25,417 bases of DNA, taken from a virus (taxonomy: Duplodnaviria; Caudoviricetes). A program made the translations under genes and the position numbers. The notes beneath the pieces are model-generated. The model was given only the letters and a program-made list of their open reading frames with translations, had not been told where the DNA came from and did no database searches. The stretch covers positions 1-25,417 of the IMG/VR virus record IMGVR_UViG_3300028145_000020. One strand, written 5' to 3'. How positions within the stretch are numbered: the stretch's first letter is position 1; each line of letters opens with the position of its first letter. Below are positions 7,678-15,355 of this stretch, piece by piece.

Positions 7678-8976
7678 ATGCGCGTTTTGCTTGCGATGCC
7701 GCGCTATAGCGGCAAAGTCTGGATGCCGGCGGCGCAGGCGTTTTTCAATCCGTCAAACGCAGGTTCCCCGCTCGATGTTCGCCATTGCGACATCCGGTAT
7801 CCGCGCGCCATCTCGCCGAATTCCAGCATCGCTACAGCTTGTTTTAACGCCTGCTGGGCAATGGCCCGTAACGAGTGGGAAGCCGGTCGCATCGATGCCT
7901 TTGCGATGATTCATGACGACGTAGGCGCTCAGATGCAATGGCTGGACATTCTGCATCGCGAGCGCGAGAAGTGCGGCGCCGACATCATTTCAACTGCTGT
8001 ACCGATCAAGGATGCCCGCGGGCTGACTTCCACGGCGATTGATGACCTTGATGAGAAATGGCGGGTGCGCCGGATCACGACCAAACAACTCCGCAAGCTG
8101 CCGTTGACGTTCACGGATTCAGATGTTCCTGGCCTGTTGCTAAATACCGGCCTTTGGCTGGCGAAGCTCGGGCCGTGGATGAATGAAGTTTGTTTCCATG
8201 TGCCGAACGCCATCGAGCGGATCAACGGCCGGTGGAAAGCTCTGCACTTCCCGGAGGATTTCAACTTCTCGCGAGATTGCCGCAAGCTGGGTCTGAAGCT
8301 GGCCGCGACTAAGGCTGTTCGCGTCGATCACTTCGGCGAGCATGGCTGGTCGAATCAGGAAGCCTGGGGCTGGGAAAAGGACGTGCAGGCGTTCCCGGGC
8401 GAAATGAAAGTGCCGGAAAATTGGCGATTCCCCGACGATGTTACTGGCTGGCTTACTGAGAGCGAAGGCCGGGCACTGGCCGAGGCCGCGCTTGGCAAGA
8501 ATGTCCTGGAGATCGGCAGCTATTGCGGTCGCAGCACGATCTGCATGGCGCAAACTGCCGGCATGGTCTATGCCGTGGATACATTCGACGGGCGCGCGAC
8601 TCCGCAGGCTCGCGACACTTTTGATGAATTCAATCTCAACATCGACCGCTATGGCGTTCTCAGTCGCGTCATGGTCGCGGTTGGAACCTCGGCTGACGTG
8701 GTGCCGACTCTCAGTGAAGAAATGGGGATGGCTTTTATCGACGGCGCGCATGACGAGGATTCGGTTCTGGCCGATGCCAAACTTGCCAACTCGATAAGCG
8801 CTGCTGATTCGCTGATGTGTTTCCACGACTACATGCGACCTGGAAATGAAGGCGTTACGACCGCCGTTGATTTGCTTCGCCGCAATGGTGCCGAACTGAT
8901 TCGCGTGGTTGACAGTGTGGCGATGCTCAAAGGCATGGATCGGGCGCTGGCGAATCTGGCTGGGAGCAAGACGTGA
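7678..8976 (+). CDS. Glycosyltransferase (GT-A-like) plus class I SAM-dependent methyltransferase fusion, 432 aa
   Basis: N-domain MRVLLAMPRY, FAMIHDDV (DxD-like), NTGLWL, PEDFNFS..RKLG...VDHFG; C-domain VLEIGSYCGRST, YAVDTF, FIDGAH, FHDY (Methyltransf_24-like); start revised from 7546. Confidence 0.85.
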   Translation: MRVLLAMPRYSGKVWMPAAQAFFNPSNAGSPLDVRHCDIRYPRAISPNSSIATACFNACWAMARNEWEAGRIDAFAMIHDDVGAQMQWLDILHREREKCGADIISTAVPIKDARGLTSTAIDDLDEKWRVRRITTKQLRKLPLTFTDSDVPGLLLNTGLWLAKLGPWMNEVCFHVPNAIERINGRWKALHFPEDFNFSRDCRKLGLKLAATKAVRVDHFGEHGWSNQEAWGWEKDVQAFPGEMKVPENWRFPDDVTGWLTESEGRALAEAALGKNVLEIGSYCGRSTICMAQTAGMVYAVDTFDGRATPQARDTFDEFNLNIDRYGVLSRVMVAVGTSADVVPTLSEEMGMAFIDGAHDEDSVLADAKLANSISAADSLMCFHDYMRPGNEGVTTAVDLLRRNGAELIRVVDSVAMLKGMDRALANLAGSKT

Positions 8977-8977
8977 T

Positions 8978-9601
8978 ATGGGCCTGCAGCTTGTTTACGC
9001 GCCGCAGGTTGAACCAGTCGATCTGGACGAGTTGAAAGCGTATTGCGGTGTCGATGATGGAGACGCCGATTGGGACACACAGTTGCGGACGTTGCTGAAG
9101 AGCGGCCGCGAGCGAGCGGAACGGATTACGGGCAAGGGTCTGATTAACCAGCAGTGGCGGCTGAACCTGAAGACGTTTCCTGCTGGCAGTGTTTTTGAGT
9201 TGCCGTTGCCGCCGCTGAATTGGGACACGGTTGGACTGGTCGGGCCGCCTGCGAAGGCAGTTGATTCGATCAAGTACCTGGACGTGAACAACAACCTGCA
9301 GACGGTTGCCACGACAGAGTACACGGTCGATACGACCACGACAATGGGAACGATCCGGCCAGCTTACTTGAAATACTGGCCGACTTCGTTGCTCTCGGGC
9401 TGGAACATACCGAACGCCGTGCAGGTGCTGTTCACGGCTGGTTATGGGGCGACGGCTGACACGGTGCCCGCTGAGATCCGCGAGCGGATCAAGGATTACG
9501 TCAAGTATTGTTTTGATCGCGGCGGCATTGATTCGGACCAGGAATATCTGGACCGCCTGTTCGCGGGGTTGAGTTGTGGCAGCTTCTACCAGACGACCTA
9601 G
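8978..9601 (+). CDS. Head-tail connector/adaptor (phiE125 gp8-like)
   Basis: PQVEPVDLDELKAY, AERITGKGLINQQW, LPLPPL, SIKYLD, NAVQVLFTAGYG..VPAEI; start revised from 8909. Confidence 0.92.
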   Translation: MGLQLVYAPQVEPVDLDELKAYCGVDDGDADWDTQLRTLLKSGRERAERITGKGLINQQWRLNLKTFPAGSVFELPLPPLNWDTVGLVGPPAKAVDSIKYLDVNNNLQTVATTEYTVDTTTTMGTIRPAYLKYWPTSLLSGWNIPNAVQVLFTAGYGATADTVPAEIRERIKDYVKYCFDRGGIDSDQEYLDRLFAGLSCGSFYQTT

Positions 9602-9971
9602 GCTGACTCAAAAATGGGATTTGCAACAGAATCAAGCGAGTACGCGGGACGCTTTTCAGGGAGTTCCACCGAATTGGGTCGATGTGAGAAAAGGAATTCC
9701 ATGCGAGGTGCGACCGGCGAGCAGCCAGGAAATGTTCAATGCCGTCCAAATGCAAACTGTGATAAGTCACAAGGTTAAATTCAGATGGATACGCAGTCTT
9801 CAGTTGTATTCGACTATGAGGCTTCGGAGAGTGAAAGGCGGTCGTGAGAGGATTCTGAATTTTGTCGGTGATCCGCGCAACGTCGATGAAGGGAATTTCT
9901 GGTGTGAAGTGGATGCGGATGAAGTGATTAAGCCGGCGACCGAGGCGGAAGAAGATCAGGGCCAAGCGTAA
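9576..9971 (+). CDS. Head closure/head-tail joining protein (SPP1 gp16-like)
   Basis: RDAFQG..NWVDV...PCEVRP..SQE...A.Q...SHKVKFRW..MR pattern; position after the connector. Confidence 0.8.
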   Translation: MAASTRRPRLTQKWDLQQNQASTRDAFQGVPPNWVDVRKGIPCEVRPASSQEMFNAVQMQTVISHKVKFRWIRSLQLYSTMRLRRVKGGRERILNFVGDPRNVDEGNFWCEVDADEVIKPATEAEEDQGQA

Positions 9972-9983
9972 CAGGGGAATGAC

Positions 9984-10484
9984 ATGGCATCGAGTTATTC
10001 GTCATCGGTATCGCTGGCGTTGAACACGACCGAGACGTTCGACGCAACGGTTATGCCATTTGTTAATTCGGGTGCGAATGCCGTCGTCCATACCGGCATC
10101 GATCTCACGCAAACGCTCAATGCCACCAGTTCGCCGGCCATTTCAAAGATGGCCGCTGGCCAGAAAGCAATGATTGCCGGTGTGGCGACTATTGACCTGA
10201 CGGCTGTTACGCACAATGGCGCAGCCGTGGACATGACCGGTCTAAAAATGGCGGTCTGGAAGTTCCGCAATCCATCAACGAATGCCAACAACATCACAAT
10301 CACCAAAGGTGCTGCTAACGGCTATACGATTGGCGGCGGTACTTTCACGGTTACGCTGAAGCCTGGCCAGCAGTGGGCGCATTATTTCTTTACCGGCGGT
10401 GATAGCGTGGCGGCCGGTGTGAAAACCATCGACATCAGCGGAACCGGAACGCAGGCACTCGATTACGAATTCATCGCAGGGTGA
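9984..10484 (+). CDS. Putative virion structural protein (Thr/Ala/Gly-rich beta protein)
   Basis: AGGGG SD; beta-strand-like composition; located in the neck gene block. Confidence 0.75.
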   Translation: MASSYSSSVSLALNTTETFDATVMPFVNSGANAVVHTGIDLTQTLNATSSPAISKMAAGQKAMIAGVATIDLTAVTHNGAAVDMTGLKMAVWKFRNPSTNANNITITKGAANGYTIGGGTFTVTLKPGQQWAHYFFTGGDSVAAGVKTIDISGTGTQALDYEFIAG

Positions 10485-10487
10485 CGA

Positions 10488-10958
10488 ATGGCTGGGATTG
10501 GTGCAAACGTTGTTATTCCCGCACTGCCGCGTTTCCGCAACGCGCTGGCGGGTTTTCGCAACGAGTTTGGCGACAAGGTTCTGCGGACAGGCATGCGCAA
10601 GCTGGTACTATCGACCAAGAAGGACATGCAGGGTTTTGAGCGCGGCAAGATCGGCCAATCGCTTCGCATCAAGATCCGCGGCAAGGGCAGGGAAATCACT
10701 GCCTTTGTTGAGCCAGGACCGGGGACCTATCCGTTGCCATCCGGGCGCGGCTATGTGCGGATCAAGAATTTCAGCCCGCGGCGCGTGGCGCATTTGATTG
10801 AGCGCGGGACCGTGATCCGCCGCACTAAAGCCGGGGCCAACCGCGGCAAGGTGACAGCCAGGCCATTTGCGGCGCCGGCTTTCGATCTGAATGCTGCGAA
10901 GGCCGAGGATATCTTCGGGGTCGTCCTGCATAAGGCGATGCTAAAAGCGGTGTCCTGA
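10488..10958 (+). CDS. HK97 gp10-like tail completion protein
   Basis: Basic protein with AHLIERGT...ARPFAAPAFD, matching the E.GT..M.A.PF..PA motif. Confidence 0.85.
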   Translation: MAGIGANVVIPALPRFRNALAGFRNEFGDKVLRTGMRKLVLSTKKDMQGFERGKIGQSLRIKIRGKGREITAFVEPGPGTYPLPSGRGYVRIKNFSPRRVAHLIERGTVIRRTKAGANRGKVTARPFAAPAFDLNAAKAEDIFGVVLHKAMLKAVS

Positions 10959-11404
10959 TGGCGGTGGACATCGATGAAGCGCTGGCGGTACTGATCCAGG
11001 GAGCTTCGGCGGTTTCGACAATTGCAGGCGATCGGGTGTATCCGAATCGAGTGCCGCAGCCATCGAATGTCCCGGCCGTGATATTCCGAAGGCTGACAGC
11101 CGGAAGCGCGCCGGTGATTCGGGGAAAGTCAACGGCGCTGTACGCGACGTTCCAGGTAGAAAGCTGGAGCGGCGCCAGCCAGATCGAGGCCCGGACGCTT
11201 GACCTGGCGGTTCAGGGTGTAGCCAATGTGAATTCGGTTTTGGTGGGGCCGCCATCATTACCGTCGCCGGGTTGGTGGATTCAGGCACTGCGGGTAAACA
11301 CGGACACCGACCAGGACAACCCGCAGATACCGATTCATGCAGACGACCTTGGTTTGTTCTGTTCGTTCTGTGAGATGTTCGTTCAGTATCGGGCTTTGCC
11401 ATAA
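10958..11404 (+). CDS. Tail terminator/completion protein (DUF3168-like)
   Basis: GDRVYPNRVPQ..PAVIF...FQVESWS pattern; TGATG coupling; precedes the tail tube. Confidence 0.85.
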   Translation: MAVDIDEALAVLIQGASAVSTIAGDRVYPNRVPQPSNVPAVIFRRLTAGSAPVIRGKSTALYATFQVESWSGASQIEARTLDLAVQGVANVNSVLVGPPSLPSPGWWIQALRVNTDTDQDNPQIPIHADDLGLFCSFCEMFVQYRALP

Positions 11405-11416
11405 GAGGATTGAGCT

Positions 11417-11857
11417 ATGGCTGCTTCTGCCGGTCTGCATCCCTATGGCAGCAAAGTCGAAGTTAGCGACGACGGCAACTCATGGAATGCCATCGCTGAA
11501 ATCTCCGACATCGACCCGCCTGACGAACAGGTCATGGAGGCCAAGGCAACCCACCTGACGAGCGACAACGCGGCCAAGGAAAAGAAACCCGGTCTGTCGG
11601 AAACCGGCGATCTCAAGTTTACGCTGAACTTCACCAAGGCCCAATTCACGACGTTCAAGGGCTATCGCCGGCTGATGAAATTCTGGCGCGTCAGCGCTCC
11701 GCTGGACACCGGCGAAACCAATCCAAGCCGCTGGGTATTCCAGGGATTCTGGAAGCGGCTCGGCAATCAGAAACTTGACCCGGAAGCCACTCAGGTCATT
11801 CAGTGCAGCGTGGAAGTCGCTGTCACTGGAATCATCACTTACACCGCGGGGGCGTGA
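11417..11857 (+). CDS. Major tail tube protein
   Basis: IAEISDIDPP...ATHL.SD..KEKKPGL.ETGDLKFTLNF...FQGF...VAVTG, typical of siphophage tail tube proteins; GAGGA SD. Confidence 0.9.
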   Translation: MAASAGLHPYGSKVEVSDDGNSWNAIAEISDIDPPDEQVMEAKATHLTSDNAAKEKKPGLSETGDLKFTLNFTKAQFTTFKGYRRLMKFWRVSAPLDTGETNPSRWVFQGFWKRLGNQKLDPEATQVIQCSVEVAVTGIITYTAGA

Positions 11858-12318
11858 TGCGATTACTTGGAGCGGCGGAAATCATTGCCGTCGCGGATCT
11901 GCCCTATGAAGACGTGCCGACGCCGGAATGGGGCGAAGATACCGGTGTGCGCGTCTATCGCCTGACGGGCGAAGAATGGGACGAGTTCGAGAACTCGACC
12001 ATTGCTTTCGATGGAGAGCGGACGCGGCGGGACAACGCTAACTTTCGCGCCAAGATGGCAGCCATTGCCATCAAGGACGAAAAGCGACAACGACTTTTCA
12101 CGGCCGATCAGGTCGAAGACCTTGGGGCCAAGAATATTGCGACACTGGACCGCATTTATGATGTCGCGATCCGGCTTTGTAAACGGCGCAAAGAGGACAT
12201 GGAGGAGTTGGAAAAAAACTTCGGCCCGGCGAGTGGCGCAGGTTCATCCTCGACCTCGCCGGCCATCTCAAACGGACACGCCGCGAACTGCTCGCCAGCC
12301 TTGATGCCGCTGAATTGA
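11857..12318 (+). CDS. Tail assembly chaperone (gpG-like), 153 aa
   Basis: VPTPEWG..VRVYRLTGEEWDEFE, RLFTADQVEDLG, ending at the EKN slippery site; TGATG coupling; start revised from 11803. Confidence 0.9.
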   Translation: MRLLGAAEIIAVADLPYEDVPTPEWGEDTGVRVYRLTGEEWDEFENSTIAFDGERTRRDNANFRAKMAAIAIKDEKRQRLFTADQVEDLGAKNIATLDRIYDVAIRLCKRRKEDMEELEKNFGPASGAGSSSTSPAISNGHAANCSPALMPLN

Positions 12319-12530
12319 GCGAATGGCATGCGCTCTACACTCAATCGCCTTGGGGAGAAGAGTGGGGCGAGTTGAGATTCAAGCAGGTTGCGGACGCGAT
12401 CAAAGCGAAAGGGACTGCCGCGACGCCGGGTGAACACAATCGCCGCCCGCCGCTATCGTCGCCGGCCAATCTAAGGCGCAAGCTGCATCTCACATTCGCA
12501 GCAATGGGGGCCGTGGAAAAGCGGCGGTGA
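11857..12530 (+). CDS. Tail assembly chaperone G-T fusion via -1 frameshift (~224 aa)
   Basis: The -1 frame is open from the slippery site to 12530 and reads LRPGEWRRFILDLAGHLKRTRRELLASLDAAELSEWHALYTQSPWGEE, a typical gpT motif. Confidence 0.88.
12213..12262 (+). promoter_or_regulatory. Programmed -1 ribosomal frameshift signal
   Basis: Heptamer A AAA AAC (12213-12219); 8-bp stem CCGGCGAG (12226-12233)/CTCGCCGG (12255-12262) starting after a 6-nt spacer; GGAGG at 12201-12205. Confidence 0.9.
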
Positions 12531-12533
12531 ATC

Positions 12534-13922
12534 GTGGCTTACGAAATTGATGACGATGAAATCATCGCCGCGATTTTAAGCGTGCCAACTCATTTCGCTG
12601 TCACCAAACATTTGCAAGTTGTGATGACTGCCAACGCGCAGCAGTTGGAGTCCGCTCTCACCAACGTCAACAGCCTTTTCGGCAAGCTACAAGGCGCAGT
12701 CGGCCTGCTTGGCATTGGTTTGTCGGCTGGTGGGCTGTTCGCGGCTTTCGAGCATTTCAACAGCCAGATTGTCGAGTTCAAGCACGCATCTGACACGCTT
12801 GGAATCTCACTTGAAAACGTGGCCGGTGTGAAGCTCGCTGCCGGCAGCAATTGGGAAGGAGTGCAGGCCGGGCTTGCCAAGATGGTCAAGGCGCTTGGCG
12901 AGGCCAGGTTCGGATCGGAGGAAGCGGCCAAGGGCTTTAAGCTGCTGGGTTTGAACGTCGAAGAACTCAGCGGAATGAAAACAGAAACGGCGCTCGGGAT
13001 GATTGCCGACAAGATGAAGGCAATCGAGAATCCGACCGAGCGTGCTTACGTCGCCAGCCTGATCTTCAAAAAGGGCTGGGTGGAAATGATTCCGATCCTG
13101 GAGAAGGGATCGGCCGGTTTGAAAGCAGCCGAGGAGTCGGCGAACAAGTTTGGTGCTGTTACCGAGAAGATGGCTGAGGAGGCAAAGAAGACAAAAAAGG
13201 AACTCAAGGAACTGGCTGCGGATTGGGATGCGCTGGGGCGCAATATCTCTAGCGCGACCGCGCATCTGTGGGAAAACATCAAGGCCGCCGAGGCGTGGGT
13301 TTCGGCAGACCTGAAGATGCGCCAGAAACTTCGTGATCCGAATGCAACTGAGAAGGAGAAACAGGACGCCCGCGACATGCGGGATTTCGGGATGCTCGAC
13401 CAGACCCGCGGCCCGTCAGTGGTCAAGCAAAAGATTGATCCGGTCAAAGCGCAAGCCGATCTGGATGCTCTGGAAGCCAAAAAAAAACAGCAGGAGAAAG
13501 ACAGGGAAGAAGCTCTCAGGGTGCAGGAGAGTTTGCAGAAGCGAGCCAACCAGTTGATCGAGGAAGCGGACTCGCCCTGGGAGAAAGTCAACCGAAAGAT
13601 CATGGAGGCCACAGACCTATTCGCGCGCGGGCTTATCCCAACTGCCGCGGAGTTCGACAAGGTTATCGGACACATCGGCGATTCATTCGTTCACGCTGAA
13701 AAGGCCAAAGAGGATTTTGCCGGGACAGCCGGACTGGAGCGCGGCGGGGCCGGTGCCTTCTCAGCACAGGAGCGATTCATTCGTGAATCGGAAGGCGTGA
13801 AGGACGCGACCCGCGACCAGCTTGCCGAGCTAAAAGCGATTCGTTCCAGTTCGACCAAGACCGAGCAGAACACCAAGGGCATGGCGGATGCCTTGAAGAA
13901 AATCGGCGTGGCGAAGTTCTAG
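12534..13922 (+). CDS. Tape measure protein (short, 462 aa)
   Basis: Follows G-T; LQVVMTANAQ N-terminal motif, helical Ala/Lys/Glu composition, FKLLGL..IADKM..IENPTER...IF core. Confidence 0.85.
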   Translation: MAYEIDDDEIIAAILSVPTHFAVTKHLQVVMTANAQQLESALTNVNSLFGKLQGAVGLLGIGLSAGGLFAAFEHFNSQIVEFKHASDTLGISLENVAGVKLAAGSNWEGVQAGLAKMVKALGEARFGSEEAAKGFKLLGLNVEELSGMKTETALGMIADKMKAIENPTERAYVASLIFKKGWVEMIPILEKGSAGLKAAEESANKFGAVTEKMAEEAKKTKKELKELAADWDALGRNISSATAHLWENIKAAEAWVSADLKMRQKLRDPNATEKEKQDARDMRDFGMLDQTRGPSVVKQKIDPVKAQADLDALEAKKKQQEKDREEALRVQESLQKRANQLIEEADSPWEKVNRKIMEATDLFARGLIPTAAEFDKVIGHIGDSFVHAEKAKEDFAGTAGLERGGAGAFSAQERFIRESEGVKDATRDQLAELKAIRSSSTKTEQNTKGMADALKKIGVAKF

Positions 13923-14245
13923 GGCATCCGGCTGAGTGCGCCAAGAATCATGAAGGCGATGACGATCAACGCAGGGACGACGATGAACGCCGTGATAATC
14001 CCGCAGCCGATTCCAAACCCGACGCTGAAGCTGCTGGGAGGCTGCGGCGCTGGTGGTTGCGGCCGAGGCGTGGGTGGTTCGTTCCATTCGACGGCAGGTG
14101 GCGGTATTGGTGGTGTCGCGCGAATGCCATCGAATCGCGCCCATTCAAATGAAGTTCCGCATCGGGAACAAGCTGCTTTCGTGGCCGTTTGTTTGTCGGC
14201 GAATCGTTGCGACAGTCCGCATGACGGGCAATCGAAGTCAATCAT
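13919..14245 (-). CDS. Antisense moron: Zn-ribbon (CPSC...CSRC), Pro-rich linker, C-terminal transmembrane helix; 108 aa
   Basis: MIDFDCPSCG...AACSRCG, PPIPPP..PQPP linker, hydrophobic FGIGCGIITAFIVVPALIVIAFMILG; fills the gap between the tape measure and the next gene; start revised from 14326. Confidence 0.8.
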   Translation of the reverse strand: MIDFDCPSCGLSQRFADKQTATKAACSRCGTSFEWARFDGIRATPPIPPPAVEWNEPPTPRPQPPAPQPPSSFSVGFGIGCGIITAFIVVPALIVIAFMILGALSRMP

Positions 14246-14260
14246 GGCGCTGGTCCGATA

Positions 14261-15346
14261 ATGGGTGTGGTTTCCTGTTTTGAGATCATGGATCGCCGGC
14301 GCGGTGGCGTGGACGCCAACCGTCACCGCACCTACGAACGCGTCTTCCGTGTCGAGTTTGATTCTGCGATTTCTTCCGGTACGCTCGCCTGCCAGCAGGC
14401 GGTATATGACACTTACGGTATCTTCCGGTTCGCTGTCTACATCGAACCGAACGGGCGTTATGATCGTGCGGCCCTGGCGGAATCAATCGAATCGACGCCA
14501 GAGGATGCAGAGAATTGTTTCAGTTGGATCACGGTAGTCAAGTATAGTTCGCAGATTTGGGACGACTATCTAAAAGCGCTTCAATCCGGCGGCACTGGAC
14601 GTTCGGGCAGCCCGCCGACTTCGCCGCACAATCAGAACAGCGATTCCAGCAGCCCCGAGAATCCGTTGAACCGGCCTGCGAATCTTCGGTTCAGCACGGG
14701 CCACGGCGAAAAGATGGCGCTTGAGCAGGACTATTCGGGCATTCTCGACCCGGCGACCTTTCGACCTACGGGTATTGCTGTTGCCAACAGTGCTGGCGAC
14801 CGATTCGACCCGCCTGTCGAGATCGAGCTGCCTTCGTTTGTTATCACGGTATCGCGCAACGAAGCGAATCTGCTGATCCCATTCCCCATCGATGCGACCT
14901 CGGGGAACGTGCTGAACTACACCGAGACGATGAACAGCGATGTTTTCAGGATTGGCAGTTTCACTTTCCTGCCAGGCCAAGCGCACATTGCCGACATCCA
15001 GGCCGAAAGTGTTTTTGAAGATCCCTGGAGTTATTTCAAAGTCACTTACGAAATTCAGATTCGCTACCCAACCAGGAACGGCAATCTGGCTGGCAATGCG
15101 GCCAAGCCGATCCGCGGCTGGGACATTGACAAGCTGGACCAAGGGCGGCGCGAACTGGTCGCGGCCGGATCGTGGATGCAGCAGAACTACGACAAATACG
15201 GGACGCCATCGGCGAGTGATATTCCGCTCGACGGCGCCGGTCGGGCGCTAACCGTGGCGAACATCCAGGCAAGAAACTTTCAGTATCGGGCTTTCAGGCG
15301 GTTCATTGAAGCGTCCTACACGGTGTTGCAGATGCCGCACATTTGA
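14261..15346 (+). CDS. Putative distal tail/tail-tip protein, 361 aa
   Basis: First plus-strand gene after the tape measure; RTYERVFRV, NSAGDRFDPPVE, YFKVTYEIQIR beta-rich segments; function from position only. Confidence 0.7.
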   Translation: MGVVSCFEIMDRRRGGVDANRHRTYERVFRVEFDSAISSGTLACQQAVYDTYGIFRFAVYIEPNGRYDRAALAESIESTPEDAENCFSWITVVKYSSQIWDDYLKALQSGGTGRSGSPPTSPHNQNSDSSSPENPLNRPANLRFSTGHGEKMALEQDYSGILDPATFRPTGIAVANSAGDRFDPPVEIELPSFVITVSRNEANLLIPFPIDATSGNVLNYTETMNSDVFRIGSFTFLPGQAHIADIQAESVFEDPWSYFKVTYEIQIRYPTRNGNLAGNAAKPIRGWDIDKLDQGRRELVAAGSWMQQNYDKYGTPSASDIPLDGAGRALTVANIQARNFQYRAFRRFIEASYTVLQMPHI

Positions 15347-15355
15347 GGTTGATGC

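Noticed and set aside
12315-12530. Independent 71-aa gene
   Set aside because: Better explained as the 3' part of the frameshifted G-T product; gpT motifs begin upstream of its TTG
13479-13487. A9 homopolymer in the tape measure as a frameshift or phase-variation site
   Set aside because: It encodes KKK in a Lys-rich coiled coil; both alternative frames stop soon without meaningful sequence
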